Under the pieces are notes generated by a model. That model saw only the letters and a program-made list of their open reading frames with translations. It was not told the origin of the DNA and made no database searches. Of a DNA stretch of 64,000 bases, positions 40,710 to 50,741 are shown piece after piece. Made by a program: the position numbers and the translations under genes. Every line of letters begins with the position of its first letter. Positions within the stretch are counted from its first letter, which is position 1. Origin of the DNA: Bigelowiella natans CCMP2755 (lineage: Eukaryota; Protista; Cercozoa); the NCBI GenBank assembly GCA_000320545.1, contig ADNK01002279.1:1-64000 (forward strand), read 5' to 3'.

Positions 40710-42159
40710 TCAAGATCTGGGCGGGCGAACAACTCCAGCTCTTTTCACTTCTTCCACCAAATGCGAACGGAGGTCCACCGCATGAGCCACCCTTTGAAGG
40801 TTCAGCTCAACGTGTTCATCGTTTAGCAATTCAATCGGTGTCAAGCCCAATTTGCAACACTTCGGTGGCTTCACAGCCTCTGCCCTGCTGTCTTTCACTT
40901 CGGTGTGCCCGGCCTTGCATTCTTCAATGAGCTCTGACACCTGAGCGACCCCTTCCTTTGCATCGATTCTCTTTCTCCTCAGTTCTGCAATTGTTTCATC
41001 CTTGATCCTCATCATCCCTCCCTCATCGTCACGTGCTGTGTCGCTTCTGTCTCGTTCAACGGCCTTCGCAATGTCATGGGAATTTGTGAGGTTGTGCAGC
41101 TTCGTGCATGCGAACACGATCTTGCCTGCCTTCCTGTGATGAAACCTCATTGGAGACCACAAAATGCCGAATCTTCCAACCAGACGACCGAAGGCGCATT
41201 CTGTGGTGATTCTCAATTGACTCACTGCAAAGTTGCAATTCGATTTCTCATCACCCAGGTCTGACCCGGTGAAAGGCGACGTCAAAAGTTCATGGACCCC
41301 GCAAGCCGCGTCCCCGATCAGGAAATGACCAACCTCGAGAGCTCCATTCAGCAACTCTGAAGCTGCTTGTGTGACTTCATCATCTTCCATGCGACAGAGT
41401 TGGAGCCGGAGCCTCCTGTTGCTGTGCTGGCAGCGATGAAACGACAGTCAGAGTCGCAGACGGCCTGCAGGTTCAACGCATGATGGTGCTGCCTGCAGTG
41501 GAATCTTTTGACATGCTGTGTTTCTTTGTCGCTGGGTCTCCGCATCTTCACTGACAATCCGTCCATGGCTCCTGTGCAACCTTTGATTGCTTGGTTCATG
41601 CTGAGGCCTCCAAACCCAGCTTCAACTTCTTGTCGACCTGTGTTTCATTCGAAGGATCAAACCCAATTTTGCAGCACTCGTTTGTTGCATCCAATGTCCT
41701 CCAGAAATTGTGGTGGACGGAACGTTCCGCCACACCATGCAGGTCAGCTGTCCAGCTGTGTCTGGGCACGATCCTCCTGCTGGTAACCTGAGCGTCATTG
41801 ACAATGAAAGTTTGTGGGGATGCAATCTTCGCTGCTTGAATGCCGTTCATGCTTCTCTGACCGGGGTCCAATGCCAGAGTGTCGTCACAAGTTTTGTGGA
41901 ACAACTCCAAGGGCATCCTGTGTCTGCGTCTGAAAGCCATTGGAGACAGCCTGTCGATTCTCTTGATCCAATCCAGCCTGTTCGCATGTGATCTGGGCTT
42001 CGGCTTCCTTCTCTTCTTGTTCTTCAGGTGATCCACATGCTCGAGCACTTCCAATGCGTCAATGGCACGTTCAGCATCAAACCCCACCAAGTCCCATGGT
42101 GCAATGGAAGACGGGTCAAACGTGGGTGTCAACAAACCAGCGAGCATCATGGGCATCAA
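40710..42159 (-). pseudogene. PIF/Harbinger (DDE_Tnp_4 / HARBI1-like) transposase, frameshifted and missense-riddled
   Basis: Frameshift-linked frames retain RLDW..., FRRRHRM, LRLPAGGSCPDTA, GCTGAMDG, ALNLQAVCDSDCRF, FLIGDAACG, NCNF...RITTECAFGRLVGRFGILW and KLHN. An apparent 8-nt duplication (ggacagct) lies near 41750. Confidence 0.92.
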
Positions 42160-43119
42160 AACGTGAGGTGTGGGTGGTGAGAGTCATTGTTGCCCGACGC
42201 AGCGGAGGATGACCTGTGATCTGCCCAGTTGAATGCCGCCCTGCGTGATTCCGGGTGGACCAACATGACTTGCTTCACGTGCCACACCTTGTCGAAGTGC
42301 AAGCCGATGAACTGCCTCGGGATTCGGGATCAGATTTGGATGCATGAACAATGAACAATGATGATGAACCACACTTCCAAAACGTGACAAGACACTTGCA
42401 GTGTGCGAAGTGCAGTGCCTCGAACCAACTTCAGTGAGGTCCAACACAACCAGTGAAACCATGAGGAATCAAGAATGGCATTCTGGCCACTCCTCCGTTC
42501 CTAGTTTCATTGTCTTCAGTGCCTGACATTTGCCAACTTCAGGACCACGCATCCCCAAATCATGCCGCGATGGTTTGCTCATGCTTGGAGATCACCAAGC
42601 AAGAACACCACACCTGCGAACCCCAAGCGAACAATCCCGTGGACCACACCTTCATGGTCTGCTTCACACCTGCCACAATTTCCCCGGCTTTTGCGGAGAC
42701 ATTGCCCTCACTGGAAGGCATGAAGATGGAGGAGGATGCATTCTTCGTTCCCAGTCCACTTGGACAACGAGCTTCGCAATGACCACAGTCGGGCACTTTG
42801 TCGGATGCATCCCCGGCTTTTGCGGATGCAAAGCCCCAATCATTGCAATTGGAAGCACTAGCTTCACGCCAACCACAACATCCCCGGTCCAATGGAGACA
42901 TTGCCTGGAGGGCATGAAGTTTGAGAAGGACACCTTCATCCTGACGGGATTCATCCGGGATGAATCTTGGATGCAGACCCGAAAATCCTTCACTTGGCAG
43001 CCAATTCGCCGGTGGCCTGCCCCATCGGTGAACAGGAAAGTGGCACAGGGATGAGGGGAAAAGCCACCCTCGCAACCGAAAAACCCCCCGCCCAGTGCCA
43101 CGTCGGCGAATGCAACTTC

Positions 43120-43445
43120 AAATCTTGAACACAGATCCATGCATCCTTCATCTGGCTACCGAGTCACCGGTGGCTGGGGCGACAAGTCTGTCTACCCCAC
43201 CAGTGACCAGGAATGTGGTTCAGGGGTGGGAGGTGACCAACCCCCCCTGCACATTGCCGCATCGCGCCAATTTTTTCCGAACGTGCATGACTCTGAATCT
43301 TGAATGCCGATCCACACATCCTTCATCTGGCTACCTAGTCACCGGTGGCTAGGGCGACATGTCTGTCCATCCCACCAGTGTCCAGAAATGTGGTTCAGGG
43401 GTAAGAGGTGATCAAACCCCCCGCCCATTGCCGCATCGCGCGCCG
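43120..43445 (+). repeat. Two imperfect direct repeats of about 150 bp (about 43120-43268 and 43296-43443) at the end of the Harbinger tract
   Basis: Shared text aatcttgaa...gatcca..catccttcatctggctacc.agtcaccggtggct.gggcgaca.gtctgtc...ccaccagtg.ccag.aatgtggttcaggggt..gaggtga.caa.ccccc...cattgccgcatcgcgc. Confidence 0.92.
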
Positions 43446-43768
43446 CATCGGCGGCAACTGCCAGACTGGACAATGCATGCACTTGCATTTTTTCGTTGTC
43501 GCAGCTCGTCATCCATTTTTCAACTGACGACAATACCACGGAGTTTGTCTCTATGATAAAACGCAAAACAAACACATCACTACATAAAATCCAGTCAACT
43601 TCTCATCTACGAGCACATACCACAGGATTACAGGTGGCTAGTGCAAGTGCGACAATGTGTCTGTTACTGCCGGGATTTAACAGAATATTGTTGGCCACCA
43701 GACCTTTTTTGTTATTATTTTCCCCAAATTTTGAATTTTTAAATCGAGACCCGTATTCAATTGGGCGA

Positions 43769-43956
43769 ATGCTGCGGCTGGTTCGCGGCCTGGCCCTCGC
43801 TTGGGTATTGGTGGTAACACGGCTGCTGCCCTCAGTTCTAGCGTTTAGAAGTCCCGGAGAACTGAAGATATTGCACGGAAATCGTTCTTTCGATATTGAC
43901 GATGTTGGGTAGGGATTACTTTCAATTGTTCGAACATGTTTTTCGGTTTGTATGTG

Positions 43957-44000
<44 letters not shown>

Positions 44001-45569
44001 ACATGTTGAGAAAAAACAAGTGCAGGCAACTGCAAGCTACTTGATTTTTTCTACAGTGAGATTGCTAACTATGATGTTGTTGATGTAATTCATCTAGACC
44101 TCTTCAAGATCCAGATATCGAATATAGACATAGGCTTGACAAGTGCATGGTGGACATTGACCTCGCCAATTACAAGCCACAAGAGGAAAGAATAGTTTAT
44201 TACATGCCGAAAATGAGTAATGGAATTCGCGATGGACTTCGAATGATGACTTACCTTCGCAAAATTGCTGTTCAAAACAATGCGACAGTATGCATTTCAG
44301 GCGGGAAGGAGGGGGCAACAAACTTCCTCACGTCTAAGCACTCAGCGGTGATCCATCCTAGTTGGGAACAATATTTCGATATAGACTTTGCGGTATGCAA
44401 TTCGGATATTACCCAAAAGCATTCTGATTGCAACACAGTCACAAAATCTAGCGAGAATGTGGACAATTTGAATATGTTCGAGAACGAGGTCAAGTGCGTA
44501 AACCTTGAGGTGGACTGGTACAGTTCCAAGATCAAGGAGGAAATTAACCCGATATCGCATCCGGAATGCTACACTAGGCTATCTGGTGTGATGTGTGGTG
44601 TGGTGTCTAGGACTTGTGGTGTGTGACAGCGATGCGTGATGCGTCTAATGTGTTATGTATGATGTAGGCATATGCTGTGTAATGTATTATGCATAACTCT
44701 GTTGTATGATGCATGATGTAAGAATATGTTATGCAAAGTGTGCTGCATAACATTGATGTATGTATTTTGTGTGAGAACATATTGTGTAACAATTTCTACA
44801 TCACACGTTTTGTGTGACGTATAATGCAAGGAAATGTTGTATCATATGTGATGCATAATCCATTATATGTAATGCATGATCTTAGGAAATGTAAAGGATC
44901 TATTCTCCAAACTTCTTGCTGCTAACAATCTAGTTAAGCACGAATATGGACACGTGCACATCCGAAGGAGGGACAAAATCCTGAACAATGCCAATTGCAC
45001 CAAGATTGAAGCGGTCATCAGTGACATTAGGCGATTCCCAGAAGTCAAGACGTGGGTTGTGGATTACTATGCTTCCGACAAGTTTAAGAATGAATTTAGG
45101 ACGGCATTGAAGCAGGATTTACCGGATCATAGGTTTGTGTTTGAAGAGGAAATCAACATTTTTGAGCAGGGTGACCAGTACACAAAGGTAATTCTACTTG
45201 ACATAAATCGATAAACAACGAATTCGCGGACGCCGTCCGAATTTTTGACTGATCTCCTTGCTTTTTTGATGTATCGGCTCGTGATAAAATACCTAATCTG
45301 GTAATATGAATGTGAGTAAGGTTTCATGAATTCTTATGGCCTCAATATTTGCTCGTGACATCTTGAACCCATCTGCCCCACAACAGGCCTTGGTGATGAT
45401 GATGCTCCAACAAAATGCAGCGATAGAACGCGAGACCCATAATTGTGTGCCAGATTCCGATAAAGCCCTGTTGTTTTGTCGTGGGCATTTATACGATCAA
45501 TGCCATCAAACAGAAGATGACGATGTCAGCAATACTCTTCCAAAGTCGACGTGCATACAGCTTGGTTGA
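43769..45569 (+). CDS. GDP-fucose-dependent fucosyltransferase-like protein (FUT8/NodZ/O-FucT-type GT-B fold), 4 exons
   Basis: Exons 43769-43908, 44098-44585, 44886-45187 and 45387-45569 join in phase. N-terminal hydrophobic signal/anchor; SNGIRDGLRMMTYLRKIAVQNNATV; motif I GHVHIRRRD; YYASD. Confidence 0.75.
44586..44885 (+). other. Intron made of formerly AT-rich low-complexity sequence, partly converted TA>TG
   Basis: gtgtgatgtgtggtgtggtgtctagg... grades into TA-containing atatgttatgc...; GT...AG ends are intact and in phase. Confidence 0.7.
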
Positions 45570-46159
45570 AAGAAAGGGAATTGTAAATTGAGAGTGTGGT
45601 ATAAAAGAGACAGGTTCATGTATCATGTATAGCACGCTCAGTGTGTGTGTTGTTTTTCATAGATGCTTAATTGGCAAATGTGGGTGCAGCCACAATCTCA
45701 TATTTGGGTAAATACGGCGTGTTTAGTTTAGTTTTTAGCCAGAAAGCGGGCCCTTGTTGAAGGCAAGCCAAAGCCTTCCTTCTTACCGTGAACTATCTCT
45801 CGAACCATCTCTCTAGCTTCTAAGGCATCACGTGATATCATATTTTAGAGGGAAGTGAATATTTAGGTCGCTAGAAATAGAAGACGACCACATGAATGCC
45901 CGTGACGTCCCTGAAGAAGAACGGGTGCTGCTAATTACACGACGCTATACTTTGATGAATCGGTATCGGATATCTCGCTGAATGCAAACGCATTTAACAG
46001 AAAATACGTCAAAATGTAGAGATGTTATAATGAATAAACGCTTGAAATAATAAAACGTTAAAAGTGAAGTGAAAATCATAGAGCACAATAGAGTTACGTG
46101 GACGTAAAATGTTTGGCAAAATTTTCTGGCTCTTGCCTGAAATTCTATACACGACTGGA

Positions 46160-47490
46160 TGCATTGATGGCATCATGCATCGATCTGGGCGCGCATGCAC
46201 ATGCGATGGCATGCAAGCAATGTTGTGTGCACATCTACGCAAGAAGCGAAGCATAGCTATCATTAGAGATTATAGCCTTCATTTGTGCATGCGTAAACCC
46301 ACACGTTTCATTGTTTCCATGTGTGTGATTACGTGCACACATGTTCTCTTCCACTAGCATGTAGCACACATGCACTGACGAACATGTGAAATGTCCGATG
46401 ATTTGCGTAGCTCAGACCATGGTGTACACGAATAGAGACATTAGCGTCTACATCTAGACATGCCGCCTCTGACTTGCATCGCCATCGCAGATGTTGCAAT
46501 GTGACATGACTAGCTAGATGTCCATGTGGTCGCGATTCACGGCGACAAATCAGCATGCACAACGAATCACAACGATCAAATCAAGCATCAAACGGCTCTA
46601 AAAGCTCAACTTGTGCGCACATGCTGGTGAACATTGTCGCGTGCCTTTGAAAATCATTGAACATTTGACAAACGATCATTGTGCTCATCTGTTTGTAACA
46701 ATTTACGCTCTTTCGTGACCATGATCTTTGTGTCAACGCACTACACAACATGAGTAAGTGATGATGAAATCATGACTACCACGACTTTTGTGTCTGGCAG
46801 TCCTGCTTTGCAGGACTAGCGGTTGGCGACCTGGAGGAGAGCGAGGAAGAATGTGTTGAGGATGCTTGGAAATCCGATTCATATTCTTTCAAATGAGGGA
46901 TGTCGATTGCAGAACTAGAGGACGATGAACACGACGAAAAAGTCATTGTTTCCAACAAGGGAGGTGTCGTCTCTGACAAGAAGCTGAGAGCTTCATCTAT
47001 GTGCGTACGTCTTACTCGTGGAATTTCTCAAAACCGCTTCGATTCCGCAGCTCGACGCCAGTGATGCATGTTCGGAAACTCGCAGCACTTTAGTCCGAAG
47101 CTTGTGGTGCACAACAGCGCACGTGCACAGAGGGACACACATGCATACATGCATGTACATGCATGTATGCATGCACATCCATTGCGTGCGTGTCATCATG
47201 TGTGCACGTCATGCCCGCGATGCGCACACGTACATGTGCCTGTCAAAGTAGCATTGTTGCTTGCATGCCCACGTAGTGCTAGCAGGCATGCATGCAAGGT
47301 CGAGCGTCTAGAACATGTATGTGTGCATGGTTTTCGCGTCTTCTTGTCGTCTGAATCAGACCATGCGCTGAGCTGCATCAAATGTCTGAGTGAAACCGAG
47401 CAAAGCGTGCAAGTCGCAATTTCCAGACGATTATTGGGCACGGCTGTGGGATGCATGCATCGTACGCACCGCCATGCTACGTGCGATCAA
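46160..47490. repeat. Partially TpA-depleted intergenic tract G, including a fossil (TA)n microsatellite at 47135-47178
   Basis: Strong CATG/TGCA excess. 47135-47178 is a strictly alternating purine/pyrimidine run built only from CA, TG and TA steps. Confidence 0.7.
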
Positions 47491-48060
47491 TGAGCAAGGT
47501 TTATTTCGGTCATATACCCTTCGCTTAAATGACGTAGGGAGATTTATCGCAATCACTTTGAGCAACATCAATGGACTTGCGCAGCAGGCAGGCAAAGAAA
47601 GGTCAAACTCATCATGTTTTTATTAAACAAATCGAGTGGGGCGGTGTTTCTTGCGCGTATCCTTTCGCATGACATGCGCCATGCGCGATCCACCGACTCG
47701 CACATGTCGCTGATCACATGTTTAATGATTTTCTGAGCACATTGAGGCGTGTTTGACAGGCAGACTATGATTCTACTTGGATGTAATTCAGAAAACACAA
47801 GCGAACTGGTCATTCATGTAAAAACTGGAGCTCAGACGTAGGATGTTTATTTGTAGACCGCGAGCAGTAAACGATCTCATGAAGCCCCAAAAAATCAAGT
47901 TAGATTTCGTAATCTACACTTTTCGTCCCCAAATATCCTCTTCGGTTATTTTCCCTTGATTCAAATTTGTTTGAATTCGTGCTCGCTACGAAGCCCCCCA
48001 ATAAGGTCAGTTCCGCCAAGATCATCTTTGAGCCTCGCAAAACAATCAACGATCCAACGA

Positions 48061-48660
48061 TCAAGGGAGCAAGTGATTTTCGAAATTTTTCAATATGGAT
48101 AGAATCAGCGTGAGATCGAACGTCTTCTCAGTCATCATTAGCTTCAAGAATTCCGGCATGGTTGAGAAGGACACCACATGCTGGTGGATGGTTTTCATGA
48201 CGAGTTTGAGCATTCCTAAACTAGGAACCGCGCGAGAATCTGGTTTGGCCTTCTTTTTGGCCTCCAAAAATTCACTGTGCAACGTTTCTGCCCAAGCCTC
48301 AGCTTTTACGGAATTGCCAGACACTCTCTGCCTGTTGCCTTTCACGATCATCTTGCAAATGGCATTGATTAAGTTGGGAGCATCCGAGTCCGTTTTGAAA
48401 TCTTCGTCAGTGAAGAGCTCTTCGTCTATCACCTTATCTCGCCATTTGGAAGGAAACCTCTGTGTATCTTCAAGGAATTCCAACAAAACTTCTCTTCCGT
48501 TTGGAAGTGTGTCAAAGTCCACACGGCGTCCCTCAGTAGAGTTGCTGTGCACGAGCGTCCTCTCATCATGTACAATAGCCGCATTGGATGCACCGATGTT
48601 GAGAAGAATCGGAAGCAGCCATAAGGCAGCGGTAGCAACATCACACATTCGTTTTGCCAT
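48061..48660 (-). pseudogene. Tyrosine-free 199-aa intronless ORF in a partly converted tract; probable degenerate mobile-element or captured gene
   Basis: No Tyr in 199 aa. A frameshifted continuation (LDRWIVDCFARLKDDLGG...) follows. No family recognised. Confidence 0.4.
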
Positions 48661-48859
48661 GGTTGGGGGGTCTGCTTTCCCTGATCCTCGGAGTTTGAAC
48701 GAGCCGAGTGTTTTGGAATTTTTGAATTTTTTGAATTCGAAACCGCGCCTTCGGTTGTCATTACATTTTGATCATAAAAGTGTTGTCGCACGTGTAGTTT
48801 CCCCTTGAAATGTGAAAACATGAACAATGCAATCAGGCGTTTTTTGCTTGAGTCCTTGC

Positions 48860-49600
48860 AACGACTGTTGTTGAGGCTCTGTTACGTGCACACGCCTGTC
48901 ATCATGCATTTCGGTTGCACGCTTGCAACGTTTTGGAAATGCAGTTCATCATCATTGCTCATTGCACACTTGTCTCCCAATTGTTGTCTCCCACGTGGTT
49001 CTTGTGAACGTGGATTTGCATCAATGCTTTGTTCTGCTGCGTTCTGCTCTGGTTGCAAAAATCGGAATCTGGCCATGAAATTGTTCGACCGAATTGGTGA
49101 CAACAATCAGAGCGCAGGTCTGCTGAGGAGTGAAGCGCTAGCCCCAATGCTGCGTGCCCACGCTTGTCTTCCATGTGGTTCTGTGGTTCTCGCAGCTAGC
49201 TAGCTAGACGAATTGCAGAATCTTGGAAAAAAAGTTGCACAAAAAATTCCATCTCGAATCGAACACACAAACTAGCAAACGCCATGTGTGTGGTTTGAGC
49301 TGGCTGTGGTGGTCCCTAGCAATTTGATCTGCACGCACGCACGTGTGCATTCTTTGGCGATCATGATCACAATCGCCAGCAATGGCGATGCGTTCTGGCG
49401 TTGCATCTAGAAATGCTCAATCAAAACGTCCAGATTTGCAATGGACATGTGCACCGCATCCACGGCATTTGCTGCGCGAGCTAGCGAGCAGCGTGACATT
49501 CCAGCATTGACAACCGAAGCTGCACACGACGACGACTGATGCTCATTCACACATGTGGTTTTGTGCTCTAGATGTCATGCAATGGCGCCGCAAACGCTAA
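48860..49600. repeat. TpA-depleted tract H
   Basis: In 48860-49590 every TA I found is in CTAG (about 9). Shares the repeat motif with tracts A and C at 48991-49029. Confidence 0.8.
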
Positions 49601-50291
49601 AATGACAGCTATGCCATTATTGAATGCGTTTGCCGCATGTACATCAATCCGCTTCACAGATTCTTTAGCTACAAGTTTTAAGTTCCTCTAGAGCATTGTT
49701 CATTCCATCAGTACGCCTTGTTGCTGTGCCTGACATGAAGTTACGTAAATATTCGTCCTTCTTTAGCAACGAACATACAATGATGGTCGGGTCAAAATCT
49801 TTCAACAATTAGATGGTGCATGAAGAAAACAGCATGCATAATACAATACGAAAAGAACCTGTGAAGAAAAAACTCGATCGTATATTTTCTAACAACTTCT
49901 CTCGCGCACGCAACATGACCTTGAGCGTGTCGTAAGCATCTTTCCATCGAGTCATTACATCCAAGTTCATTCCGTCCACTTGACGGTAAATCTAATGGAG
50001 AAAAGAAATTCATTCGAAACAAAGCGTACACGACACAGTGAATGCTGGCGACGGGGCATCTTAACAAAAGCGGAATGGCCACGACGACAACTCGCGCGAG
50101 TGCTACGGCGCGCTATTCAGACCTGCTGATTGTACTTCCCCGTTTTGGATGCTGACAAAAATCAAAAGATGGATGGAAATTAGAAGGATAACTGCCAGTA
50201 GGTTATATCGTCACAGGGCACAGCATAACCCCCTTTGCACCTAATACATGCATCGAGCTGCGGTTGATTGTAAGAATACTCTCTCGGCGTG

Positions 50292-50699
50292 TTACGATCG
50301 GTTTTTAGAAATCCGAGGACGACCTGATATTCTAAGCTTTCTCCCCGACGACAACCTCGGTTTGCCTTCGCAGGAGGGAAAAATCAAGAGCAAAGGGGGG
50401 GGGGGGGGGGAGAACAAAGCAGGACAGGAAGAGAGAGAAGTTTCTTCATTATAAACACAACATATCACACTTACTAGTTTGTTGCCTACATATGCAAACA
50501 TATTAAAGGCATGTAGCTCTCACCGAAAACTACAAAATAGAGTCGGTAAGCTGAGTGCCTGATCTCTTCGTCTGGATCAAAACAAAACAACATCGATTAT
50601 ATCTCGTCGCGAAACTAACGAGGTGATGGCGGTTTGGCGGTTGTTGTTGTCAATACTCTGCATGTTTCTACAACGTAATGTCAATCGGCATATGCAGTG

Positions 50700-50741
<42 letters not shown>

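Larger units (their letters stand above)
39665..43530. mobile_element. Decayed PIF/Harbinger-type transposon region, extremely TpA-depleted (tract E); termini not found
   Basis: Contains a Harbinger transposase remnant and subterminal-like direct repeats. About 16 TA in 39781-43530, 8 of them in CTAG. No TIR pair or TSD could be identified. Confidence 0.8.

Noticed and set aside
39781-43530. Classical RIP or CpG-methylation decay as the cause of the TG/CA excess
   Set aside because: RIP increases TpA and 5mC decay removes CpG. Here TpA is nearly absent, CpG is common, and conserved residues polarise the change as TA>TG/CA.
41500-43560. The many overlapping 60-190 aa ORFs on both strands as real genes
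   Set aside because: Apart from the transposase frames they show no recognisable motifs and are expected once TAA/TAG stops are erased.
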